Source: Mercenaria mercenaria (Eukaryota). From it: a stretch of 64,000 nucleotides of DNA. The stretch covers positions 62,911,754 through 62,975,753 of the forward strand of contig NC_069372.1 in the NCBI RefSeq assembly GCF_021730395.1, read 5' to 3'. Within the stretch, counting starts at the first letter, position 1. Each line of letters starts with the position of its first letter. Below the pieces are notes generated by a model, which was given only the letters and a program-made list of their open reading frames with translations, ran no database searches and was not told the DNA's origin. Below, piece by piece: positions 33,084 to 45,160 of the stretch. Position numbers and translations under genes: made by a program.

Positions 33084-36000
33084 TCAGAGACCCACTTCTT
33101 GATCTTTCAGAGACCCACTTCTTGATCTTTCGCGACCACTTCTTGATCTTTTCGGAGACCTACTTCTTGACCATTCTGCCGCAAACCTACTTCTTGATCT
33201 TCTCGGAGACCCACTTCTTGATCTTCTCAGAGACCCACTTCTTGATCTTCTCGGAGACCCACTTCTTGATCTTCTCAGAGACCCACTTCTTGATCTTCTC
33301 AGAGACCCACTTCTTGATCTTCTCGGAGACCCACTTCTTGATCTTCTTAGAGACCCACTTCTTGATCTTCTCGGAGACCTACTTCTTGACCTTCCGCTAG
33401 ACCTACTTCCTGATCTTCTAAAAGACCCACTTCTTGATCTTCTGAGAGACCTATTTCTTGATCGTCTCAGAGACAAACTTCTTGATCTTCTATGTGACAT
33501 ACTGCTTGATCTTTTCAAAGACCCACTTCTTGATCTTCTTGGAAGCCTCCATCTTGATCTTCTTGGGGACCTACTTCTTGATCTTCTTGGGGACCTACTT
33601 CTTGATCTTCTAAGAGATCTACTTCTTGATCTTGAAGACTTACTTCTTGATCTTCTCAGAGTGTTACTTCTTGATCTTCTTGCAAATCTACTTCTTGATC
33701 TTCTCAGAGACCTACTTCTTGATCTTCTTGGAGACTTTGATCTTGATATTCTAACAGACTTTCTTCTTGATCTTCTTTTAGGAGATTTACTTGCTGACTT
33801 CAAAAATGTCTTTGCTTTATTCCTTTTCAATGGTAGGGTGATTTTATTTTTTACAAAGTCTTTTGACTTTGTTTGTATTTTAGTTAAGCATACCTGATGA
33901 CTCCGACATCTTGCCATTTCGAAATCTGATTCATTTACCAACGAAGTATTCATAGAATAAGAGTATCCAGATGGTTCGGAAAAAGAGAAGGGTGTGTCTT
34001 CATTGATTTGTTTTGTTGAGTCAAATACATGACCTGTCTGTTTACCTCTCATTTGATCTGAGGACTGCATTTGTTCTACATACGTTTTCCTAAAATGATC
34101 ACTTCTCTCTGGGGAGACAGCAGCCTTTCTATAATGCTTAGGACTATCATCAAATGTCTCCATTTCTGCTTCAGCTTGGTGGCAAATTAGTGGTTCTGGT
34201 GCTCTATGGTTGAAACGAGGAAGAAGTTTAGCACGTTTTTTTGCTAAGTTTGGCGGAAGCATGTCTGGGTCAAAATCCGGTGCATAGTATTTGGATAATG
34301 TTTGGGTGTGCTGATAGCCTTCTGTTGATAATTTCTGTATTGTAGAACTATCAAATGCTGGACTGTCACCACTAGGTAAAGTTTGACTACAATCTTGTGC
34401 CATTTCACTATAATGAGGTGAAGTTGGGCTATAATGTGGTGAAGATGGGCTATAATGCGGTGAAGTTGGGCTATAATGTGGTGAAGTTGGGCTATAATGC
34501 GGTGAAGTTGGGCTATAACTTTGAGCAAGTGAGTTATAACTAAATGTAACAATTGGGTTATAACTTGAAACAACTGGCTCATAATTTGGAGCAACTGGGC
34601 TATAACTTGGAGCAATTGGGTTATAACTTGGAGCAAATGGATTATAACTTGAAGCAACTGGCTTATAACTTGTGGCAATTGGGTTATAACTTGAAGCAAC
34701 TGGGCTATAACTCGGAGCAGCTGGGTTATAACTTGGAGCTGTTGGGTTATAACTTGGAGCTGTCTGCTGGTAAGATTCTAACACAGATACTTCATTCAAA
34801 CTGGATTTAACATCACCTTCTTGTGTTGGTGCTACAAATGGCAATTTCTCAGCTGTATAGACTTCTTCCTCTTCATCCTCACAATAATCCTCTTCTTGGT
34901 CATCACAATAGTCTAGTAATTCATCAAATACTTGTGCTTTGTTTTCATGAATTTCTTTATCATCTTTATCCTTTCTCATTTTTTCCATTATTGGTCCATC
35001 AAAGGGTTGATTTGTCTCAGTTTCAGATTCAGAACACTCTAAAGGAACGGAAATATGTTCTGCAACAGGTGCACTCTTTCTTGCTGCCCAAGTTGCTAGA
35101 AGCTTTCCTGATGCAGGATAATTCTTTTTCTTCAGTCCTACTGACTCAGATATTGGTGAATGTCTTAAATCAGTTTGCAAAGAAGTGCCAGAAAATAAAC
35201 GCTGACTTTCACTCAGCTCTATCTCTGTCTTGGAATCAGAAGCCCAAGTTTGAAGTTCTGGTTCAACACAGAGGGATGATGATTTAACAGTAGTGCCCAT
35301 CATCAGAGTATCATTATAACTTAGAGGAATGTCCATTAATGCTAAATCTTCTTCACTTTCAGAGTCTGGTATGTTCACGACCTTTCTATGTCGCTTAGCT
35401 CCCCCTTTTCCAAGACCTTTACCACCTTTACCGCCTCTGCTTGTCCCAGACATGGACATATGCTGAGATCCCCCTTTTCCTATCCCTTTTCCTCCCCTTC
35501 CTCTCCCTGATACACCAGAGCCACCACTGGCACTCCTTATCCCTTTTCCTCCCCTAACTGTGCTTGATAAAGGCTGGACAGAAGCATCAATAGAAGCAGT
35601 TGAAGTAATATTATTAAATAAAAGATCAGGACTATTAGTATTACTGGCACTACGATCCCTATCTCTGTCTGTGTCACACATCTTTTTTCTTTTCTTTTTC
35701 AATTCTCTATCGGAATTGCTAGATGATGATTCTGAACAACTATCATCTTCATCTTCTTCAGAGCCAGAACTAGAACTACTACTGCTAGAACTACCATGTA
35801 TTCGCTCTATTTCACCAGTAGATGGGGCACTTTTTCGTGCTGCCTTTGTTGCTATTTGCTTTCCAGATGAACCTGTCTGTGAAGTCAATCTAGTTTTTGG
35901 ATCAAATATAGCTGTTGAATAATCTAGATACTTTTCAGTTCCTTTTCCGTTTGTGTCCCATCCTAAAGCATCCTCTAGTGCATTGTCAGAGAATAAATCA

Positions 36001-36133
36001 TCCTCTTCCAGCAGGGGAATTTCAGAGGCTTCTTTTAACGACATTTCCAATATATCTATATCCATATCAGAGATATTAATTTCTGGAGGCATTAAGCAAG
36101 GCATTTCAACATCTTCCATCAAACTTTTGTCAC
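33084..36133 (-). CDS. EF-hand/CTD-heptad/RS gene, giant exon (about 1016 codons): acidic N-terminal part, two histone H4-tail-like segments ([32 protein letters not shown]), SYNPxAP and YSPTSPH heptad arrays, then the RS domain. The frame is lost at 33084-33130 by 1-2 bp indels inside the 24-bp repeat.
   Basis: Track ORF 33084-36122 (TTG start). Acceptor ttttcacag|GTGACAAAAGTTTGATGGAAG lies 14 nt upstream, and G+GT keeps the frame from exon 39597-39695 (...PSEEQGDKSLMEDVEMPC). Confidence 0.75.
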
Positions 36134-36642
36134 CTGTGAAAATATTAACGTAACACTATATGTTTTATTTTTTGAACAAATTTATTTCTCCTGTTTACTG
36201 TATTTCAGTCCTACTGTCACAAAACTTAAGTCAGCGTAATAATGGTATCAATTTACTTATAGATATTTTTCACTGTAAGTTGGTCATAAATCTGTAAAGT
36301 TTAATTATACTGACCTCTTTTCAATTATACGCAAAATTGATATAAGAAAACTACTCACCAAAATTTGAAAATAGATCTACATCAATACTTTTTGAAATTA
36401 ATTACCCATGGTAAAAACAAAAGTTGACCTCATAGGAATGATTGACCAAGTTGTAACCTATATGATATGGATTGGACAGGGAAAAACCCTACTGACCTTT
36501 GATCTCAGTGTGATCCTGAGAATGAGCTAGGGATCTGCGTGTTGGGCATGACAAGTTGCCTCATTCTAGGAAACATTTGTGCCAAAAAATATTAAAATCC
36601 CTCAACAGATGGCAGATTTATGAACCACACAGGAAAAAAGAA

Positions 36643-38215
36643 ACAAGAGGACCATGATGGTCCTGAATCGCTCACCTGTCCCCACATGAACTGAGTATGA
36701 TGTCGTTTTTTCTATTATTTGACATAGTGACCTAGTTTTTGAGCTCATGTGACCTAGTTCTGAACTTGACCTAGATATCATCAAGATAAAAATTCTGACC
36801 AATTTTCATGAAGATCCATTGAAAAATATGGCCTCTAGAGAGGTCACAAGGTTTTGCTATTATTTTACATAATGACCTAGTTTTTAAAGACACGTGACCC
36901 AGTTTTGTACTTGACATAGATATCATCAAGGTGAACATTCTCACCAATTTTCATGAAGATCTCATGAAAAATATGGCCCCCAGAGAGGTCACAAGGTTTT
37001 TCTATTTATAGACCTACTGACCTAGTTTTTGAACGCATGTGACCCAGTTCAAAATTTGACCTAGATATCATCAAGGTGAACATTCTCACCAATTTTCATG
37101 AAGATCCATTGAAAAATATGGCCTCTAGAGAGGTCAAAATGTTTTTCTATGTTTAGACCTAGTGACCTAGTTTTTGACCACAGTTGACCCGGTTTCAAAT
37201 TTGACCTAGATATCATCAAAATGAACATTCAGACCAACTTTCATACAGATCCCATGAAAAATATGGCCTCTAGAGTTGTCACAAGGTTTTTCTATTATTT
37301 GACCTACTGACCTAGTTTTTGACCGCATGTGACCCAGTTTCAAACTTGACCTAGATATTATCAAGATGAACATTCTGACCAATTTTCGTGCAGATCCTAT
37401 GAAAAATATGACCTCTAGAGAGGTCACAAGGTTTTTCTATTATTTGACCTACTGACCTAGTTTTGGACCGGACGTGACCCATTTTCAAAGCTGATCTAGA
37501 TATCACCAAGATGAACATTCTGACCAATTTTCATGCAGATCCCATGAAAAATATGACCTCTAGAGAGGTCACAAGGATTTTCTATTATTTGACCTACTGA
37601 CCTAGTTTTTGACTGCAGTTGTTCCAGTTTCAAACCTGACCTAGATATCATCAAGATGAACATTCTGATCAATTTTCATGCAGATATCATGAAAAATACG
37701 GCCTCTACAGAGGTCACAAGGTTACAAATCCCAGTTTCGAACTTGACCTAGATATCATCAAGATAAACATTCTGACCAATTTTCATGAAGATCCCATGAA
37801 AAATATGACCTCTAGAGAGGTCACAAGGATTTTCTATTATTTGACCTACTGACCTAGTTTTTGACCGCAGTTGACCCAGTTTCAAACTTGACTCAGATAT
37901 CATCAAGGTAAACATTCTCACCAATTTTCATGAAGATCCATTGAAAAATATGGCCTCTAGAGAGGTCACAAGGTTTTTCTATTTTTAGACCTACTGACCT
38001 AGATTTTGACTGCATGTGACCCAGTTTCAAACTTGACCTAGATATCATCAAGGTGAACATTCTGACCAACTTTCATAAAGATCCCATGAAAAATGTGACC
38101 TCTAGAGTGGTCACAAGCAAAAGTTTACGCACGGACAGATGGACGGACAGACGACGGACGCTGCGCGATCACAAAAGCTCAACTTGTCACTATGTGACAG
38201 GTGAGCTAAAAACTT
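36643..38215 (+). mobile_element. Helentron-like element with a ~165 bp 'gacctagatatcatcaagatgaacattctgaccaattttcatgaagatcccatgaaaaatatggcctctagagaggtcacaagg' array, inserted into a different ~190 bp satellite (36420-36640 and 38216-39140), all inside an intron of the EF-hand/RS gene
   Basis: 5' aaacaagaggaccatgatggtcctgaatcgctcacctg; 3' gtttacgcacggacagatggacggacagacgacggacgctgcgcgatcacaaaagctcaacttgtcactatgtgacaggtgagctaaaaactt. Confidence 0.8.
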
Positions 38216-39596
38216 AATGAACTTTGACCTCGAAGTGTGACCTTGACTTTTTAGTTAGGGATCTGGGTGTGTCAAGTATGTAACATCAAAATACTTTGAC
38301 TGATGAAAGAGTTATGGGTTGGACAGGAAAAGAACCTACTGAACTCTGACCTCCGAGAGTGACCTTGAACTTTGGGCTAGGGGCATTTGTGTTGCCCATG
38401 AGACGTCAGCTCAATATAAGATACATTACTGCCATGTAATATTAAAGACTCTTCAAGGGTGATGGAGTTATGGACCCGACAGGAAAAAACAAAAAAAAAA
38501 CATGTTTGACCTAAAAGTGTGACCTTGACCTTTGAACTAGGTCTCTGGCTGTTGCACATGACATGTTGTCTCATTATGGGGTATACTTGTGCCAAGTTAT
38601 ATTAAAATCACTTCCATGACCAGTAAGGAAAAACACTATTTCCATTTATCCCCGAGTGTGACCTTGTTACATTTGTTCCAAGTAATATTAAAATCCCGTC
38701 AAGGATGACAGTATTATGAACCAAACAAGAAAAAAATACTTCTGACATTTAACCTTTCAAGTGTGACCTTGACCTTTGGGCTAGGGTTCCAGAAGTTGGG
38801 CAAAACACATCATCTGATTACAGGAAGTATTTGTGCCAAGTAATATTACAATCCCTTGATGGATGGTTAAGTTACAGACCAGACAAGAAAATGCCAAGTT
38901 GACCTTTGACCTTAAGTGTTACCTTGACCTTTGATCTCCAAGTGTTACCTTAACCTTTGCACTAGAGGTTCCAGTCTTGTGATTATGGGAAACATTTGTA
39001 CAAGTTAATATTAAAATCCTTTGCTGGATGGTTGCATTGCAGGCCTGACAAAAAATGCCCTGTTGAACTCCAAGTGTGAATTTAAGGATCTGGACACATC
39101 ATCTCATTATGAAGAACATTTGTGCCAGGTAATATTAAAGTCCCTTAATGGATGAAAAAGTTACAGACCTGGCATAAATTTGGGATGACTTACAGGACAT
39201 TTTACTATATGCCCAAGGGTGGTAGGTTGGGAAAGGCATTAAAAGTTCCTTTCTTATTATTTTTATTAATTATCATCCTTTTTAAAGGTAAAACAGCAGT
39301 TCAGATATATATACACAGCTGTTAGGTTGTTTTTCCTAGATTTCGTTCAAATATTTTACAACTTCTCCACATGCAACTAATAAGGTGGTGACTTCACAAC
39401 TTATGACACACTGTCTTCAGTCAAATCAGGAATCATTTTCACCACCAAGATCTCTAAACTGACATTGCATGCTCTCTATTTCTTGACAACCTGGCAAACT
39501 TATCTATAGACACTTGTGTGGTGACATGTGTTTTTCAACCAGTGCTTTGTATTTCCTACTACAGTCCCTTTACAAAAGTCTGTAAAAATGCTTTAC

Positions 39597-39695
39597 CTTG
39601 TTCTTCTGAAGGATCTAGGTCTATTTCACAATCTGTATCCTTCATCTGACTTCCCATTATGTCAAGGAAGTTACCAAAATTGACAGTACCACTAC
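39597..39695 (-). CDS. EF-hand/CTD-heptad/RS gene exon: GSGTVNFGNFLDIMGSQMKDTDCEIDLDPSEEQ (degenerate EF-hand 2 plus the calmodulin-like MKDTDSE linker)
   Basis: Acceptor tttacatttatag|GT and donor CAAG|gtaaag. Compare calmodulin [25 protein letters not shown]. Phase 1 in and out, continuous with the neighbouring exons. Confidence 0.7.
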
Positions 39696-39872
39696 CTATA
39701 AATGTAAAAGATGAACTACCTTCAACTTTCAGAACATTAGTACATACAGCTGTTCTGTAGAGCCTTGCTCAATTCTTCTTTGAACATTTTATATTATATC
39801 ATTTCATTTAATTTGTTATATAATTTACCAGAAGGGCATTTTCAACATCCATATACTAATTAATGAAACAAG

Positions 39873-41333
39873 AGGGCCCTGAAGGCTAAATATTGCTAAC
39901 CTGACCTAGTTATTACCCCAGTCAACCTAGTATTTAATTTGACCTATACTTCACAGACAAACCTTAACACTTGGGGTCATCATGTAATTATAATTAAACA
40001 GTCTAGGAAATATGATCTGATAATTTTTTAAGTATTTTTTCCTATATAACTCATATAACAAGTAACCCCCGGGCAGGGCCTCTTTTCACCCCAGGGGCAT
40101 AATTTGAACAATCTTGTTAGAGATCCACTAGGAAATGCTACATACCAAATATCAAAGGCTGAGGCCTTGAACCTTGAGACAAGAAGATTTTTAAAGTTTT
40201 TCCTATATAAGTCTATGCTAAACTTGCGACCCCCAGGGCAGGGCCTCTTTCCACCCCAGAGAAATAAATTTGAACAAGAGCTATCACTAATGGTGACAAA
40301 TGCCCCCGCAGCACCTTGACCTTTGACCTGGTGACCTTGACCTTTGACCTGGTGACCCCAAAGTCAGTAGGGGTCGTGTACTCAATAAGTACTATCAGCA
40401 TGTGAAGTAAACGTTAACATTGTAACGAATGAACGAACGGACAGACAGTTGAAAACTAATATGCCTCCCTTGGGGGCATAAAAATTTTGGTAGAGGAACA
40501 CTAGGCAATGCAGCATACCAAATATCAAAAGCCTATGCCTTGCAGTTTCAGGCAAGAAGATTTTTAAAGTTTTTTCCTATATAAGTCTATGTAAAACTTG
40601 AGAACCCCTTGGTGGGGCCTCTTTTCAACTCAGGGGCATAATTTGAATAATCTTGGTAGAGGACCACTGGGCAATGCTACATACCAAATATCAAAAGCCT
40701 AGGTCTTGCAGTTTCAGACAAGAAGACTTTTAAAGTTTTTTCCTATATAAGTCTATGTAAAACTTGAGACCCTCCGGGGCAAGGCCTCTTTTCATCCCAG
40801 GTTAATAATTTGAACAATCTTGGTAGAGGACCACAAGGCAATGCTTCATATCAAATATCAAAGGCCTAGGTCTTGTGGTTTCAGACAAGAAGATTTTTAA
40901 AGTTTTTTCCTAAATAAGTCAATGTAAAACTTGGGACCCCCAGGGTGGGGCCTCTTTTCACCCCAAGGGCACAATTTGAACAAACTTCATAGAGGACCAT
41001 TAGATGATGTCACTTGCTAAATATCAAGACTCTATGCATTGTGGTTTTTGATAAGAAGATTTTTAGAGTTTTTCCTTTCGGTTGCCATGGCAACCAGAGT
41101 TCTGCATTGGATTCAATTCTTTGAACAATTTTGAAAGAGGGTCACCCAAGGATCATTCCTGTAAAGTTTGGTGTTATTCTGCCCAGTGGTTTTCAAGAAG
41201 AAGATTTTTTTAGAAAATGTTGACGGACGGATGATGCATGACGGAGGACTGACAATGGACATTGAGCGGTCACAAAAGCTCACCATGAGCCTTTGGCTCA
41301 GGTGAGGTAAAAAGTGACTTCTTATGTGTAAAC
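39873..41333 (+). mobile_element. Helentron-like element (satellite of the 17262-18470 type) that contains a small nested element of a second family at 40286-40468
   Basis: 5' acaagagggccctgaaggctaaatattgctaacctg; 3' gacggacggatgatgcatgacggaggactgacaatggacattgagcggtcacaaaagctcaccatgagcctttggctcaggtgaggtaaaaagtg. Confidence 0.7.
40286..40468 (+). mobile_element. Small nested element of a second Helentron-like family (5' AACAAGAGCTATCACTAATGGTGACAAATGCCCCC; 3' gaacgaacggacagacag...aatatgcctcccttgggggcataaaaatt)
   Basis: It splits a satellite unit of the host. The same 5' end is found at 45161 and 45379; the 3' palindrome is tatgcctcccttgggggcata. Confidence 0.6.
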
Positions 41334-41902
41334 AAAGTTTTTTATGATTTGACCAAATGGCCTAGTTTTTCCTCAAGTGATCCAGTTACAAATTAATTTT
41401 ATTCTAAATTTTAAAAAGACAAACATTCCAACCAAGTCTCATGAAGATCAGGTAGAAAATGTGGTCTATTGAGTGTTAAACTAACAGTGTCTTTCTATGA
41501 CTTGATGCAGTGACCTAGTTTTTGACCTAGATATTACAATTTCAAACTTTACTTAGATTCATGGAGACAAACAATCTGACAATGTTTTATGAAGATCAAG
41601 AAGACAAAGTGACCTCTGGAAGTTTTTCTATGATTCGGTCTAGTTTGTTCTGACCTAATTTAAAACCTCAGGTATTCCAGTTTTGAACCTAACCTAGAAA
41701 TCAAAGAGACAACATTCAGACAGATATTTATAAAGATCAAGTAGTTACTGTGGCCTCTAGATTGTGAACAATGTTTTTCTATGATGTGACCTAGTAACCT
41801 AGTTTAAAACCTTGGGGGTAACCCAGTTTGAACCATATTCTAGACTTTATAGAGACAAACATTCTGACATTTTATGAAGAACTAACAGTAACACAAACTA
41901 AC

Positions 41903-42046
41903 CAGCAGCATCCACCCGAGTGATCATTTCCCGCAGCTCTGACTCAGTTGGACTGTGACCCATAGCTCTCATAACCATCCCCAGCTCCTTGCTTGAAATT
42001 GTCCCGTCACCATCTTTGTCAAAGAGACTAAATGCTTCCTTAAACT
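41903..42046 (-). CDS. EF-hand/CTD-heptad/RS gene exon: [49 protein letters not shown] (canonical EF-hand 1)
   Basis: Acceptor ccttcttgtag|AG and donor GCTGCTG|gttagt. It is near-identical to calmodulin residues 11-58 ([49 protein letters not shown]) and the phase fits. Confidence 0.8.
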
Positions 42047-42189
42047 CTACAAGAAGGAGAATTAAATGTGGTCATTTTATCTAACCATTGTTCCCACATT
42101 GTGCAATAGTACTCACTTCTTCTCAGCAAATAATTGACAACTTTACATGACTAGTAAACACTTTTGTCTCTGTGGAACAAATTCATAGC

Positions 42190-43620
42190 CTCTTGATTGA
42201 CTGCCATGCACCCTATCTCCTGAGATAACCAGATGGGCTCTATCTCCTGAGACAACCTGACATATCTTATGTCCTGAAATCACTAGATGGACTCCTATCT
42301 CCTGAGATAACTGGATGTGCCCTATCTCCTGAGATAACCAGATGGGCTCTATCTCCTGAGATAACCTGACATGCCTTATGTCCTGAAATCACTAGATGGA
42401 CTCCTATCTCCTGAGATAACTGGATGTGCCCTATCTCCTGAGATAACCAGATGGGCTCTATCTCCTGAGATAACCTGACATGCCTTATGTCCTGAAATCA
42501 CCAGATGGACTCCTATCTCCTGAGATAATCAGATGGACTCCAACCTCCTGAGATAACCAGTTGCCCTATCTCCTGAGATAACAAGATGAACTCCTACTTA
42601 CTGAGTTAACCGAATGTGCCCTATCTCTTGAGATAACCAGATGTACCATATCTGGTACCCTATCTCCTGAGATAACCAGTTTGACCCTATCTCCTGAGAT
42701 AACCTGATATGCCTTAATATGTCCCGAGGTCACTAGATGGGCCCTTTCTCCTGAGATAACCAGATGGACTCCTATCTCCTGAGATAATCAGGTGGACTCC
42801 TATCTCCTGAGATAATCAGGTGGACTCCTATCTCCTGAGATAACCTGATATGCCTTAATATGTCCCGAGGTCACTAGATGGGCCCTTTCTCCTGAGATAA
42901 CCAGATGGACTCCTATCTCCTGAGATAATCAGATGGACTCCTATCTCCTGAGATAACCAGATGGACTCCTATCTCCTGTGATAACCAGATGGACTCCTAT
43001 CTCATGAGATAATCAGGTGGACTCATCTCCTGAGATAACCAGATGGACTCCTATCTCCTGAGATAATCAGATAGACTCCTATCTCCTGAGATAACCAGAT
43101 GGACTCCTATCTCCTGAGATAACCAGATGGACTCCTATCTCCTGAGATAATCAGATGGACTCCTATCTCCTGAGATAACCAGATGGACTCCTATCTCCTG
43201 AGATAATCAGGTGGACTCCTATCTCCTGAGATAACCTGATATGCCTTATGTCCTGAGATAACCAAATGTGCCCTATCTCCTGAGATAACCAGATGGACTC
43301 CTATCTTCTGAGTTAACTGAATGTACACTATCATTTGAGATAATCAGATTTACCTTATCTGGTAACCTATCTCCTGAGGTAACCAGATTGACCCTATCCC
43401 CTAAGATAACCTGATATGCCTTTATGTCCTGAGATCACTAGATGGGCCCTATCTCCTGAGATAACCAGATGGTCTCCTATCTCCCGAGATAATCAGATGT
43501 GCCTTATCTCCTGAGGTAACCAAATGGCCCTATCTCTCCAGATAACCAGATTCACAAAATCTCCCAAGATAACTAGATAAGCTCCTATCTCCAGAGATAA
43601 CAAGATGGGCTCCTATATGG
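42190..43620. repeat. 28-29 bp minisatellite, about 48 units (cctatctcctgagataaccagatggactc), lying in an intron of the EF-hand/RS gene
   Basis: Read directly; the near-palindromic core is tatctcctgagata. Confidence 0.9.
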
Positions 43621-44600
43621 ATTTCATGTTTATTTCATTCAGTTTTAACAAGAAATCTAAATATCTATTGATGTACTTATTCCTCTATGAAAGCAGTTAT
43701 CCCAATTTATTAGTGGCAATATTTTATCAAAATACATGCAAAAACCTGAAGACAGTAAAACCTCTTTAAAGAGACACTACCAGTTTATTGTATAAGGGCT
43801 CTTGCATTCTTTTCTAAGCTGCTGTTATTATTGGTGACACTGTAGCCTGTTTTCAAATTTTTTAATACTTTAATGTTTGATAAGAATCATAATTATTTTT
43901 TACCCAAGTATTAGCTTGTTTGCCAGTTTGAAGACTTTTGCCTATTTCTGTAAAATTGTTAATTTCTCCGGAAGACCATTTTCATCATGGACCAGGATTT
44001 CATGGTTGCAATAATCCACAAATTAAATCCAATTGAACTGGAAAAGTCCTTAAATTTTCTTTTAAATCATTGAAATCCGAAAATTCCCCCTGTGACATAG
44101 TCATCTTGGCTAAAAACAACAAATTTCATGCCAATAAAGTTAACTGATTTCACAGTATGTTTAGAACTAGAAATTTGATGCCTTAAGCGAACAATGTCAG
44201 ATTTGTTATTTGCTTGCAACCCATCTCCATGATTCATGCAAGTCAAAGTTATGATCAGAAAGACTTTGACCCCTTAGTTTGATCTTCGATGGAAACCTGT
44301 GCCCTGCCAAAAACAATCTGTTTCATTTAGGCAAACATTTTTGCCAAATACAACATAGACTACCAAATGCATGTCAAACTTATGGCTCAGACGAGCTCTT
44401 ACATGACCTCTGATCCTAAGAGTGCCCTTGACCTTTGAGATGGGGACCCTAGGTTTGATTTTCTAAACATATAACTATACTGAAATGAACAAAGTGCAAC
44501 TACCAAGGTATGACATTATTATGCCAGCAGCTGTAAAAATTACATAAAAATGCTTTTTATGGCTTCAACGAAATACCAGACAATATGAGCAATATCCTAC

Positions 44601-44999
44601 CTGCTACTTGATCTTCAGTAAGGTTCACATCACTGCTTGACTTCATTTCCATACTATCTCTCTTGCACTCAGCCCTGCCACTTGATTCCATCTGAATTCT
44701 ATCACTTTCATACATGGCTCTGCCATCTGATACCATTTCCATTCCATCATTTTGGTACCCAGCTCTGACATCTGATTCCATTTCCATTCCATCATTCTGG
44801 TACCCAGCTTTGCACAGCTGAAGAAGGTCAATGTCATTTCTGTTTCTCCATATTTTGTTGTCAAACCATTCAAGCACCTTCCAGAGATGTCGTTTAGAGC
44901 ACAAAGTGTTTCTTAGATCTGACTTACATTTCACATATGCATCAATATCACAGGTAGCTAACACATCAAGTTGTTTAAGCTGATGACTTATTGTTATTT
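44601..44999 (-). CDS. EF-hand/CTD-heptad/RS gene exon: EITISHQLKQLDVLATCDIDAYVKCKSDLRNTLCSKRHLWKVLEWFDNKIWRNRNDIDLLQLCKAGYQNDGMEMESDVRAGYQNDGMEMVSDGRAMYESDRIQMESSGRAECKRDSMEMKSSSDVNLTEDQVA
   Basis: Track ORF 44557-44964 (GTG start, no upstream ATG in frame). Acceptor tttctttctttacttcag|AA and donor GCAG|gtagga. The end LTEDQVA matches the calmodulin N-terminus (LTEEQIAEFKEAF). Confidence 0.65.
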
Positions 45000-45160
45000 C
45001 TGAAGTAAAGAAAGAAACATCCTGATATTTTCTAACACAGCTGAAACTTTCATGTTAAACGTCCTTGTATAAGAAACAAAAGCTGTTTGCAAATCACAAA
45101 ATGATTATCTCCTCCATTATAATCTGCCAGAAAACAGTTATTTACTTAAGAAAGAGCTAT

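Noticed and set aside
32357-33400. Plus-strand ORFs 32357-32827 and 33122-33400 ([17 protein letters not shown]...)
   Set aside because: They are antisense readings of the 24-bp RS-domain repeat; their periodic low-complexity peptide is an artefact of the repeat.
34244-34810. ORFs 34244-34699 (-) and 34553-34810 (+) overlapping the large exon
   Set aside because: They are alternative-frame and antisense readings of the 21-bp heptad repeat (QLLQVITQL / LEQLGYN); the CTD-like frame is the one continuous with the whole exon.
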